From NCBI GenBank assembly GCA_946527885.1, contig CAMMYO010000001.1:578-64577 (forward strand): a stretch of 64,000 nucleotides of DNA, read 5' to 3'. The translations under genes were made by a program, and so were the position numbers. The notes beneath the pieces were generated by a model. That model was not told the origin of the DNA. It saw only the letters and a list, made by a program, of their open reading frames with translations, and did not search any database. Origin of the DNA: an uncultured Candidatus Saccharibacteria bacterium. GTDB taxonomy: Bacteria; Patescibacteriota; Saccharimonadia; Saccharimonadales; Saccharimonadaceae. This document shows, in pieces, positions 35,866 through 45,428 of the stretch (position 1 is the stretch's first letter; each line of letters starts with the position of its first letter).

Positions 35866-38800
35866 AAGATGTATATTCAGCTGCTTCTTAGTAGCGCTAC
35901 TGATTCAGTTGGCGTCAATATATAACGCATATGCGGCGCTGCAATTTGATACGGGCGGCGGCGGTGGCGCTAGTGGCTGTAGTGGCGGTACTGCGTTCTC
36001 GGCAAACTTTCCAAGTACTCAATCGATATGTCATTATCAGAACAGCAATATATTTTCTGTTCCTGTTTGGGTTGAATATAAGTTTTCTAATAATTTCATA
36101 AAAGCGGCTAGAAATGGCGACAGAACAGTCTTTAGCGCCGCTGATTTGCAAAATATATATAACGGCTTTTTCTTGTCGCCTGGCAATAACCGAGATGGCG
36201 GGGTAAAAAAGCTGGGTGGTGTCGAAAGCTGCGTGACTAGCGGCGGAAGCGGTTTTTTCCGACTAGCAAACCTAGAGGCAAAGTATAATTTCTTTTATGA
36301 CACTCAAGAAGGCAATGGGCATGCGCAAGAGGCGAAGTATTCTGATACGGCAAGCCTAAATGATATGGTTATATTCACGGTAGTTGCGCCGAAAGATGTT
36401 AACTACTATAACAACGTAGAATCTAAAAAAACTAATCCAAAGACTGCGGATGATTATTATGGGTCAATCTTGAGGTACGCCCCTATTGGAACAAATACTC
36501 TATACGGCTTTGATGGCGGTGCAGCTGGTCTTAATTCATGGCGTGTAGTTAACTACAATGACTATGTGAGTAGCTTTACGAGTAGCAACTTCACCAACAA
36601 TGACAACTGGGGGCAATACGTATATTACGGCGGAATTGACGGAACGCATCTAATCGCATCTGCTGAAGGTAGAGGCGCCTTTACTTCGCCGACTGTGAGC
36701 TCGGGAGAGCCTTACGCGTATAAAAAATATAAGCAACATGGCGGCTCGTGGGATTTGAATACATTTAACGGTAGACCTGGTGGTACTGTAGATTTGTCAT
36801 CTGGTGTCCGTTCTTTCTGCGCCTACCCAGAAAAAACTGAAAATACATACAGCGGGTCAACGAAAGTCTTCTACAAAAAGGGCGCCGCAGATGAGCAGTC
36901 ATCAGCTAATACGAGTCATGCAGTCGTCAACATTGCCCCAGAAGACGATACGGTTACTGTTGTAAAACAATACACTATTGGACGCGAAGGCAGCGGTACT
37001 ATTAATGCGAAGATTAAACGCGATTTAGACAATGATTGGATATCGTTCGCGCCGGGATCTAAAGACGAGACTGAGACCAAGTCGATTGAACCTGGCGGCA
37101 CGGTCGAGTTTTGCGCCGAAATGAAATACTACAAGAAGGCCGTTAAAGAGACCGGCGATCCTAATTATACGGAAGAAGGCGAAGCAAACAAATCCTGTCT
37201 AACCTTCTATCGCCCATATTACGTAACGGACATCGATGGTGCTATCGAGTCCAAGGTCTATGAAACGTCATCGCAGTCTAGCGCTTATGTCGCGTCGCCA
37301 AACCCTGTCGAACACGTAGACTACAAAAGTCCTAGCCTTTCGAAAGAAGTAATTGTCGACGAGCCATATGCCAAGGTAAACTTTACGCCATACATCTGCC
37401 GCCACAACAGTAAGTACGCCGCACAAGAAATCCCTAGTGGCGCTACCTATTCAAATAACTTTAAGTTGACCTATTACGAGGATGGCGCCTGGACAGTCTC
37501 TGGCGCAACTCCAAGAGCTGTAAATATTTCCATTGGCAAAGTTAGCAGTATAGACGGGACCTGTGAACGTAGCGGTGGGCCAAGCTGGCATACATTCGCG
37601 TCAGACATCACAAGTTCGCATGAAACGGGCGAGTTGCAGCCGGGCGAAGCTAAAACCTACAAGGAGTCGATTACTTACCCAGAGCGAGTCGATAATGCTG
37701 GCAACTCAAAGGCCGGAAATAAATCTGTCGATCTCGAGATCACCGTCCGCCGCCGCGGCTTCAAATGTGTTGGTTTCGAAGGAGGCTACAGCTTCTTCGG
37801 CCCTAGCAAAGGCGCCAACATGGCTAAGATTACTATTGCGGATTCTACTAATACCAACCTTAACGATAATAACCCTAACAGGCGCCAGGCTAGCACGGAT
37901 AATTATCCAGGTGGCGGAACGACGGATAACGCTGTTCTATTTACGAAACCTAATCGCAGAATTCGATTCGAGTATAATGCCTGCGCTGGCGGCGCCTATG
38001 CAGTGGCAAAGTCTAGCGAAGGCGACGGATGGGGCGACACGCAATTTATAATCTCGAATCCTAGTGATCCGAACGGTAATGGTTTGTTTGGTTTTCGTCC
38101 TGAATCTCAGCAGGATCTCGATGAGGGTAACAAGATTGTGCTTGAATATGGTAATACTGGAAATCTAAACAGAAACGGCTATCAGAAAAGAATCACGTCT
38201 AATCATGGTGCTACTCCAGCTGTATCTGCTCTAAATACCGCAATAGCCTCATTCCTGACGGACAAATATAGAGAGAACGAATATCCGATAAATAGCGGAA
38301 GTATGGTTTTGCCGAAATATACTCTCGCCGAAAAGCTTTGGTCTCCGGGTGGCAAATCTGATGGTTTGCCAATCGAATCCGACAATGTAGGTCAATCCAT
38401 CAAGCGTCAGATTGAATGGAAAAACCTCGAAATGAATTATGGCTCGAAAACGACAGGAGAAAATTCAGTGGCGACTGCAGAGCTGCGCGTTCCGTACAAC
38501 TACTATCTAAACCCTACTGTTGATATTAACTTTGGTAACGATTACTATGTGAGGCCGGGCCAGGTCATTGACAAGCTGGATATCGACCTCGGCGTCATGG
38601 ATCGTAAAAACGAGCAAGTTGGTGAAACATACGCCACGAAAATTAAACCGACAACAATCCAGGTGAGCTGGTTTAAGATGACTGGCAGCGTAGATAGTGG
38701 AAGCGTTTCGAGCAGCGGCAAGCTTAAGCGCGGCGAAATCGCGGCGAGATCTATTTGCAACGAGGTTTCATCGCGTGCTAGTGAATGTACCGAGGTGGAA

Positions 38801-40264
38801 ATTTTAAATGATGAAGTTAGAGACAAGACTAATGACAAAATTAATTTGAGCACAGAGACTAATAGGAAGAGTATTCCGTTCAATAATGTTAAACTGGGCG
38901 ACACTGTTTGCTATGTTGCGTCCGTATATCCATACGACAGCCATGCTGTAATTAGAGCTGACGGCAAGCCGTACTTTAACGCCGAAAACGCCACTCAACC
39001 GGATGCAGCTTCGGCAATCGATGACACCGACCAGTCGCATGCTCTTCAAAAAGAAGCGGACAGCAATGACTATACCTATATCTCTGCGCCGATCTGTCGC
39101 AACATTGCAAAGCAACCAACCGTTAGTATCGAAGGTGGCGACTTGCTAGTCGGTAAAGCTATCAAGACCTCGAACTTCCGCTTCTATCCAAATCCAAACG
39201 ATTTGACCAACGGTAGCACAATCGGCTCGTGGTCTGAATATGGTGCCTTGGTTGGCGGAAAAGAAGCAACTTTTGTGCGCAGAACTACAAACTTCGCCAC
39301 GGGTGCTACGACTGCCTATGGAAAAGACACGACGGTAAGCACAATTAATCAAAGAAGTGTCGACGCTGGCTATGTGAAGAGTCTAAATTCTGGCACCGAT
39401 ACGGATGGTACTTTGTGTCTGTATAATACGCAGACAATTACAAATAACGAGTGTGCTAGCGGTAAGACTGGTATTGATCCTAGCACGGAGTCCGAGACGG
39501 TCTATGACAAGGTGGCCAAAAATGTCGCCCGTCTTGTAACTGCTCTCAAGACGAAATATCGTAATGCTTATTCTAAAGTCGCCACGAACGGCACTAATAA
39601 CTATACGTTTAAGGGTTGCGCAATTGCGGAAGGAGAGACTGAGTATAGTGTAGTTGCTGGCGGAACGAACTATAGTTGTCGTCCAAACGACGGTGTTGCA
39701 TATTTGCACTTTGGCAGCAGCGCAGACAGTGAAGCGATCAAGACGATTGACTCGCTTAGTATTACTTGGCCGGACAATAACTCTAATCGTACTTTGATTA
39801 TTGACGCCAATAACAATAATTTGATCATTAAGAGCAACATTGTTTCCTATTACGAAACATATAGCAAGCTATCGAAGGTTCCGAACGTGATCATATTCGC
39901 TAAAAACGTATTTATTGATCCGTCCGTAGAAAGAATTGATGCTTGGATTATTTCCAGCAATGACTCTTCGGAAGGAGACGGATTGATTAATACCTGCTAC
40001 GGAACGAGTGACGCAAATCAGGATAGTGACGACTGCAAATACCAGCTCGTGTTCAATGGTCCGGTTATCGCAAGGAATCTCGAATTGAGGCGCTCTTATG
40101 GCGCCGGCACCGGAGAAGATGAATCATTCGACAGCGATCGCTTCATTCAGCGCGCCGAAATCTTCAACATGAATCCACTGCCGTACTACTGGGGCTATAA
40201 CCAGACGGTTATCGAGAGCACGCTAAAGACTACCTTCTCAAAGGAAATTCCGTCACGTCTGTAG
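35843..40264 (+). CDS. module B2: giant secreted protein (1473 aa), paralog of 31115-35029
   Basis: Sec signal ...LIQLASIYNAYA/ALQ. Uninterrupted 4.4-kb ORF. Collinear similarity to B1 along its whole length, strongest in the last ~390 aa. Confidence 0.85.
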   Translation: MTKMGRIRRCIFSCFLVALLIQLASIYNAYAALQFDTGGGGGASGCSGGTAFSANFPSTQSICHYQNSNIFSVPVWVEYKFSNNFIKAARNGDRTVFSAADLQNIYNGFFLSPGNNRDGGVKKLGGVESCVTSGGSGFFRLANLEAKYNFFYDTQEGNGHAQEAKYSDTASLNDMVIFTVVAPKDVNYYNNVESKKTNPKTADDYYGSILRYAPIGTNTLYGFDGGAAGLNSWRVVNYNDYVSSFTSSNFTNNDNWGQYVYYGGIDGTHLIASAEGRGAFTSPTVSSGEPYAYKKYKQHGGSWDLNTFNGRPGGTVDLSSGVRSFCAYPEKTENTYSGSTKVFYKKGAADEQSSANTSHAVVNIAPEDDTVTVVKQYTIGREGSGTINAKIKRDLDNDWISFAPGSKDETETKSIEPGGTVEFCAEMKYYKKAVKETGDPNYTEEGEANKSCLTFYRPYYVTDIDGAIESKVYETSSQSSAYVASPNPVEHVDYKSPSLSKEVIVDEPYAKVNFTPYICRHNSKYAAQEIPSGATYSNNFKLTYYEDGAWTVSGATPRAVNISIGKVSSIDGTCERSGGPSWHTFASDITSSHETGELQPGEAKTYKESITYPERVDNAGNSKAGNKSVDLEITVRRRGFKCVGFEGGYSFFGPSKGANMAKITIADSTNTNLNDNNPNRRQASTDNYPGGGTTDNAVLFTKPNRRIRFEYNACAGGAYAVAKSSEGDGWGDTQFIISNPSDPNGNGLFGFRPESQQDLDEGNKIVLEYGNTGNLNRNGYQKRITSNHGATPAVSALNTAIASFLTDKYRENEYPINSGSMVLPKYTLAEKLWSPGGKSDGLPIESDNVGQSIKRQIEWKNLEMNYGSKTTGENSVATAELRVPYNYYLNPTVDINFGNDYYVRPGQVIDKLDIDLGVMDRKNEQVGETYATKIKPTTIQVSWFKMTGSVDSGSVSSSGKLKRGEIAARSICNEVSSRASECTEVEILNDEVRDKTNDKINLSTETNRKSIPFNNVKLGDTVCYVASVYPYDSHAVIRADGKPYFNAENATQPDAASAIDDTDQSHALQKEADSNDYTYISAPICRNIAKQPTVSIEGGDLLVGKAIKTSNFRFYPNPNDLTNGSTIGSWSEYGALVGGKEATFVRRTTNFATGATTAYGKDTTVSTINQRSVDAGYVKSLNSGTDTDGTLCLYNTQTITNNECASGKTGIDPSTESETVYDKVAKNVARLVTALKTKYRNAYSKVATNGTNNYTFKGCAIAEGETEYSVVAGGTNYSCRPNDGVAYLHFGSSADSEAIKTIDSLSITWPDNNSNRTLIIDANNNNLIIKSNIVSYYETYSKLSKVPNVIIFAKNVFIDPSVERIDAWIISSNDSSEGDGLINTCYGTSDANQDSDDCKYQLVFNGPVIARNLELRRSYGAGTGEDESFDSDRFIQRAEIFNMNPLPYYWGYNQTVIESTLKTTFSKEIPSRL

Positions 40265-40303
40265 GATTTTGTAATAAATAAAATGCTAATGTATAATAAA
40301 ACT

Positions 40304-41317
40304 ATGAGTAAAAGTGTGGGCAATCCGAAAAAGGGTTTCACGATTATGGAAGCCATGCTGTTCTTGGCGCTAACTGGCCTGGTTTTTGCTGGCGTCGTCG
40401 GCGGCACTAGAGGCAATATGGCACGTGAGCGCTATCGCGATTCTGTTCAGACTATCGCTACGGAGCTTCGTAATATCTATTCCCAGGTAGAAAATGTCGA
40501 AATTCCAGAGCATGACGATAATATCTGTGCGTCTTTCGAAGACGGTTCGACTCATTCAGCTGTTGCCAAACGCGGGCGTTCTGCTTGCGCGGTCTATGGC
40601 AAGCTCGCGCTAATCTATACCGAAGATGGCGTTTCGCATATTCAGTCGGCTACGGTTTTTGGTCGCGACTATTATGATCTGGAAGACAAAATTCGTGCAG
40701 CTCAAACCGATACCGAGATTACCGCTGTGCATAGCTTACTATGTCCTACCGGCTACAAGATAAATTCTATCGACTGTAGCTCAATCAACTGGGATGATAG
40801 TTCGATTGATCTGTCTAGTCTTAGCGATATCGACCAATATAAGGTTCTAAGTGCCGATGTTGGCGTATATGATACGGTCAGCGCAACGGTAAAAATGGGC
40901 TTCGAAATTGACGATTTTACGCCGCAATGGGGTGCAAGGATTATGACTCAGGGTTCCGATACGGAAGCATCGAGAGAAATGCGTGCCATGTTGCTGATTT
41001 TGCGCTCTCCACGCACTGGCGTTATTCATACTTATGTATATGAAAACGAAGCTAGCGATTCCGATATTCGCAATTTGGATTTGATCGGAAATTCGCGCGA
41101 CAATCTTAATACTTACGGCATTCAGGGTAAGCTAACGAAGGCTAAAGAAGCCAGCACTTTCAAGAAAGATGATTTTCGCATTTGTGTTGATGCCAGCGTT
41201 GAAACCGTCTACGACGGAAGTCGCCGCATGATCAAGGTTGCCCGAGACGCTCATAACGAAACCGGTGTTGAACTTGTAAATCTCGATACTGCTTCGGAGG
41301 CTGACACATGCCACTAA
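40304..41317 (+). CDS. large pilin-like protein 1 (337 aa)
   Basis: Class III signal MSKSVGNPKKG/FTIMEAMLFLALTGLVFAG with Glu+5. ATG 40304 lies 6 nt after TATAAT (40292-40297). Confidence 0.75.
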   Translation: MSKSVGNPKKGFTIMEAMLFLALTGLVFAGVVGGTRGNMARERYRDSVQTIATELRNIYSQVENVEIPEHDDNICASFEDGSTHSAVAKRGRSACAVYGKLALIYTEDGVSHIQSATVFGRDYYDLEDKIRAAQTDTEITAVHSLLCPTGYKINSIDCSSINWDDSSIDLSSLSDIDQYKVLSADVGVYDTVSATVKMGFEIDDFTPQWGARIMTQGSDTEASREMRAMLLILRSPRTGVIHTYVYENEASDSDIRNLDLIGNSRDNLNTYGIQGKLTKAKEASTFKKDDFRICVDASVETVYDGSRRMIKVARDAHNETGVELVNLDTASEADTCH

Positions 41318-42147
41318 AGAAAACAAAGATTGCACACGGCGACACTATTATGGAGGTCATGTTTGCTGTTTCTGTTTTTGCTACCGTTGCGTTGATTACT
41401 ATGAATATGATGAATAGCGGCTTAAACTCCGCTCAGCGCACGCTAGAAATCACGATGGCGCGCACCGCGATGAATTCTCAATCAAACGCGATTACGTTCA
41501 TTCATAACAGCTACATCTCTGAACTTGGCGCCGACGATTCGGGAAGTGCAATTACGTCTCGTTACGGAAAAATCTGGAAAGAAATTGTTAAGCATTCCAT
41601 AGATCCGGATAGCTTCAATGATCCGGCTTTTGATATAAATAGCAGCGACAGTTGCGCGGAGGCGATCGACAATCAGCGCGGCATGTCTCTCGTTGAAGAT
41701 ACGGGAAAGAACAGTATTTTTGCTGTTAATTCTCGCGCGCTAATCCCTACGCTTTATGCTGACGGCAATACCGACAATACGATTGAAAAATACCTAGATA
41801 AGGACGATAACGAGATTTTAGCGATGGCCATCGTTGACGGTAACGTGAAGAAAGATGGCGTTGGCGGCGATGGCATTCACATCATTCGCCCGGCGCCGCT
41901 CTATCCGCGCATTACCTATAATGAGATTACGGGAGAAAATATCGAAGAAGACGACATGCTTCGCACTTCGGAAAATTCTATCTTTATTGAGCCGAATACA
42001 GTCGAGGGCATTTTCGACTCGGTCGTGAAAGCTGCTAATAATCATAGCTATGATTTCTACATTCGTACTTGCTGGGATGCGCCTGGCTCGACCACATATT
42101 CAACTATGACGACCGTAGTTCGTCTTTATGATCCGGAGTCAATCTAA
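41308..42147 (+). CDS. pilin-like protein 2 (279 aa), atypical cleavage motif
   Basis: MPLKKTKIAHG/DTIMEVMFAVSVFATVALITM with Glu+5 retained. GGAGG Shine-Dalgarno. Overlaps the upstream gene by 10 nt. Confidence 0.65.
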   Translation: MPLKKTKIAHGDTIMEVMFAVSVFATVALITMNMMNSGLNSAQRTLEITMARTAMNSQSNAITFIHNSYISELGADDSGSAITSRYGKIWKEIVKHSIDPDSFNDPAFDINSSDSCAEAIDNQRGMSLVEDTGKNSIFAVNSRALIPTLYADGNTDNTIEKYLDKDDNEILAMAIVDGNVKKDGVGGDGIHIIRPAPLYPRITYNEITGENIEEDDMLRTSENSIFIEPNTVEGIFDSVVKAANNHSYDFYIRTCWDAPGSTTYSTMTTVVRLYDPESI

Positions 42148-43163
42148 TGAAAAAGCAAAATCGAAAAATTCGAAAAGCCTTCACGATTATCGAGTTTATG
42201 CTCGCTATGTCGTTTTTGGCGGTGCTTCTGATTGCGATATCTACGCTTACTGTTCGCATTTTGCAAATCTATCAAAAGGGCTTGGCTCTTCGCGCTATCA
42301 ATGAATCCGGTAAAGCGATTATTACGGATTTCGAGAGCGCAGTCGGTTCGTCGGTTGTTCGCAGTAACTACGCAAACCCGACCGTAACGGATCCTATGAG
42401 CACTGACGTAAGCAAGTCTGCAGTTAATGAGAAGAAATTCGAATACTTTAAGCCATTCTATCAAGAGCAAACCGTTGGCGATACTACCGTGAAAGAGCAA
42501 CTATCTGGTATTTTCTGTACTTCCAGCTACGCCTACATCTGGAATACCGCCGCTACAATTAAGGCGGCTCGCGAAATGAGATATAGTGTCTCGCAGGAAG
42601 TCTTATATAATAACTACCTGGCAAATCCGGGCGATACGCTAGATGGCGAGACTACTTATCCAAGCAAGGGTATTGCTGTTCTAATTGATAAAGATGACGG
42701 AACTAAGGAAATGGCTTTCCCGAAACTTGCTCGTATTCCAAATAATGGCGACTATTGTACGCATGAGCTGCCAGAGGACTCGGGCTCTACTGATTACGAT
42801 ACGGAATCTCCATATGATAGCGATAATTCGGCGCTAGATAAAGGAAAAAAGATCGAAGTTAGCGAAGATGACTATACCGAGCTCTTGTATCAAGATGGCG
42901 ACGACTCGGACCTTGCGGTATATGACCTTGTCGTTACCTCTGCCTATCAGAGTAATGCCACGAACCATATTCTGTACAATATTAGTCTCATTCTCGGTAC
43001 AGTGAATGGCGGAATCAATATTAATAGTTCTGGCGACTACTGTACTGGCGACAAAGATGAAAGCATTAGTGATGAATTTACTAAGAGCGGCTTCGAATAT
43101 TGTGCGATCAATAAATTCGATTTTACTGTGACGCAGACAGGTGAGAGTAGCATCAATAATTGA
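42147..43163 (+). CDS. pilin-like protein 3 (338 aa)
   Basis: MKKQNRKIRKA/FTIIEFMLAMSFLAVLLIAIS. The start overlaps the previous stop (TAATG). Ends in TGA-T. Confidence 0.7.
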   Translation: MKKQNRKIRKAFTIIEFMLAMSFLAVLLIAISTLTVRILQIYQKGLALRAINESGKAIITDFESAVGSSVVRSNYANPTVTDPMSTDVSKSAVNEKKFEYFKPFYQEQTVGDTTVKEQLSGIFCTSSYAYIWNTAATIKAAREMRYSVSQEVLYNNYLANPGDTLDGETTYPSKGIAVLIDKDDGTKEMAFPKLARIPNNGDYCTHELPEDSGSTDYDTESPYDSDNSALDKGKKIEVSEDDYTELLYQDGDDSDLAVYDLVVTSAYQSNATNHILYNISLILGTVNGGININSSGDYCTGDKDESISDEFTKSGFEYCAINKFDFTVTQTGESSINN

Positions 43164-43188
43164 TATAATAGAGTCAAGTAGGAGGAAT

Positions 43189-44541
43189 ATGAGCAATCAG
43201 CAAAAAACTAAAAAGGGCGCGGCCGCAATCATGGTCGTCATCATCATTACGATGGTGACCGGCGTTATTGCGCTTAGCTTCGTGCGCCTCATGCTCCTAA
43301 ATGCGAGCAATACGAACGATTACAGCTTGTCCGATTCGGCCTACAACTCTGCGTTGGCTGGCGTCGAGGATGCAAAGGTCGCTCTCTTGAAATATCAAAA
43401 GTGCCGCAACAATAACGATTCTTCATCTGACTGTTCGGCTATTATTAACGCAATCGAAACGGACGAAGAAAGTCAGTCTTGCGATATTTTGAATACAATT
43501 CTTTACGGCGACGATGCAAGTAAGGGCACGGAGACTTATATTACCTCTGGCGATTACGGTCAAAACTCCATCATTGATCAGGCCTACACTTGTGTAAAGA
43601 TGAGCATGGATAGTGACTACACTGACACGCTTAGCGAGAGTGACTCTTCGCGCCTTATTCCTGTACGCGTACGTGGCGGTGTCGGCCAGATCAAGAGTTT
43701 CAAAATTAGCTGGTTTAGCGACCAGAATGCCCAAGATGCACAATCGACATCTAGCTATCGGCTTTCGGTAGATCGCAGCAATAACTATTATAGGCCGGCT
43801 GGCGGCTATGGTCAGCAGACGGTTGGCACTGACTCTTATGACGAAGAAATTACCGGTGGCCGTTTTACGCAGGATGTTCGTAAACCGTCTGTCTTGCGTG
43901 TAGACTTCTATCAAAGCTCCGCAAGTTTTGACCTAAACAGTTTTTATGCGGGTAAGGAACTTGCGACCAATCGGTTCTCTATATTATTTAACCCAACCAA
44001 AGAAGGTTCCGGGCCTTATGTAAACCTAGTTCCGGAGGGGAGTGCTGCACATACATCAACAAAGTCGATGAATATTCCGGTTGACATTAAATGTGAAGAT
44101 GTAGACGATACTGACGGCAGCGCTTATAAATGCTACTCGATTGTAAATATACCTAAAAATTTGAACGGCGACTCGAAGAATGATGATACGATGTTCATGC
44201 GCGTAAGCCTACCATATGCTGCTCCTAATACAGACTTCAATATAAAACTCTATAATGGTGATGCAGCCTCTGGCAACGAAGTCCTATTTAGCGGCGTTCA
44301 GGCAGTAATCGACTCGACTGGTCGCGCAGCTGATCAGTTCCGCCGCGTCGAGGCTCGCGTCAATCTAGCGAATCCAGATTTCCCATATCCTGAGTACGCA
44401 CTTGCGCTAGAGGGTAATCTAGAAAAGAGCTTCTGGATTACAAAGAACTGTCTCTCTGCGAATGGTAGGGGTGAGGTAACAGCGTGTGCCAACTATAGCG
44501 ACATTACGGTTACTTCGACACCAACGCCAGAAGGCGACTAA
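43189..44541 (+). CDS. PilX-like pilus protein (450 aa)
   Basis: MSNQQKTKKGAAAIMVVIIITMVTGVIALSF is a PilX_N-type N-terminus (no Glu+5). AGGAGG Shine-Dalgarno. Start moved from the track's GTG 43141. Confidence 0.65.
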   Translation: MSNQQKTKKGAAAIMVVIIITMVTGVIALSFVRLMLLNASNTNDYSLSDSAYNSALAGVEDAKVALLKYQKCRNNNDSSSDCSAIINAIETDEESQSCDILNTILYGDDASKGTETYITSGDYGQNSIIDQAYTCVKMSMDSDYTDTLSESDSSRLIPVRVRGGVGQIKSFKISWFSDQNAQDAQSTSSYRLSVDRSNNYYRPAGGYGQQTVGTDSYDEEITGGRFTQDVRKPSVLRVDFYQSSASFDLNSFYAGKELATNRFSILFNPTKEGSGPYVNLVPEGSAAHTSTKSMNIPVDIKCEDVDDTDGSAYKCYSIVNIPKNLNGDSKNDDTMFMRVSLPYAAPNTDFNIKLYNGDAASGNEVLFSGVQAVIDSTGRAADQFRRVEARVNLANPDFPYPEYALALEGNLEKSFWITKNCLSANGRGEVTACANYSDITVTSTPTPEGD

Positions 44542-44545
44542 TAGC

Positions 44546-44572
44546 AAAATATGCCCTACGGGGCATATTTTT
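44546..44572 (+). terminator. intrinsic terminator ending the 30280-44541 cluster
   Basis: AATATGCCC-tacg-GGGCATATT, then a T-tract. Confidence 0.7.
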
Positions 44573-44609
44573 ATGCACAAAAAAATAGCCTTTCGGCCTC
44601 AGAAAAATG

Positions 44610-44696
44610 TGGTGCCCGCGACTGGAGTTGAACCAGCACGCCCGTAAAGGCACTAGCACCTGAAGCTAGCGCGTCTGCCAATTCCGCCACGCGGGC
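44610..44696 (-). tRNA. tRNA-Leu (anticodon CAG), CCA encoded
   Basis: Reverse complement is GCCCGCGTGGCGGAATTGGCAGACGCGCTAGCTTCAGGTGCTAGTGCCTTTACGGGCGTGCTGGTTCAACTCCAGTCGCGGGCACCA. It has a long variable arm. Confidence 0.9.
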
Positions 44697-44804
44697 ATAT
44701 CATCATTTTACCGCACGCCGGCTAAAAGGTAAAATCTTTACGTTTAGCACAATCGTGGACTATGTTAAAATAACCATAACGACATAGTTGTTCAAAGGAG
44801 GTTT

Positions 44805-44924
44805 ATGAATATTAGTGCGCCGGAAACACTCGATAGTGGCATTCTTCGCCCGATAATCGTATTTGCTGTTTGCGCGGTTCTCTTAATCGCTCTAGCTATC
44901 ATCAACAATCGCAAAAAGAAATAA
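44805..44924 (+). CDS. candidate 39-aa single-TM small protein
   Basis: AAGGAGG Shine-Dalgarno, MNISAPETLDSGILRPIIVFAVCAVLLIALAIINNRKKK, followed by the hairpin AATGGCGA...TCGCCATT and a T-tract (44933-44962). Below the ORF-track size cut-off. Confidence 0.45.
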   Translation: MNISAPETLDSGILRPIIVFAVCAVLLIALAIINNRKKK

Positions 44925-44990
44925 TTTACCACAATGGCGAGCCGTAGTCTTCGCCATTTTTCTTGTTCTCGCGTATGATACAATACTAAT

Positions 44991-45428
44991 ATGAAAAGCT
45001 TCTATACTGACGGCAGCGCAAATCCTAATCCGGGCCCGGGCGGCTTTGCGGTAATTTGTGACGGTGTTCCAGTCGCGCTTGGCAAAGAAGCAAACTCTAC
45101 GAATATCAGAATGGAAGCGCAGGCGCTAATTGCGGCCTACAAGCTCGCCGAAGCAGGCGATGAAATTTTGACCGATAGTGAATTCTGGGTAAATGTAGTA
45201 ACGAAGTGGGCGCCAACCTGGCAGAAGAACGGCTGGACCAAGAAGAATGGCGCCATTAAAAATCTCGAACTCGTCCAAGAACTATATGCTTTGTTTGTCG
45301 AAAAACCAGGCGTAAAGCTTCAGTGGACGCGCGGTCATGTTGGCACTGACGGCAATGAGCTCGCCGATCAATGGGCGAACCGCGCCCGCGCTGGCGAAAC
45401 GCTAGTGAATGCAAAGGGTAATGCATGA
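44991..45428 (+). CDS. rnhA: ribonuclease HI
   Basis: YTDGSANPNPGPGGFAVI, TDSEFWVN, GHVGTDGNELADQWA. Ends in TGA inside an ATGA overlap. Confidence 0.9.
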   Translation: MKSFYTDGSANPNPGPGGFAVICDGVPVALGKEANSTNIRMEAQALIAAYKLAEAGDEILTDSEFWVNVVTKWAPTWQKNGWTKKNGAIKNLELVQELYALFVEKPGVKLQWTRGHVGTDGNELADQWANRARAGETLVNAKGNA

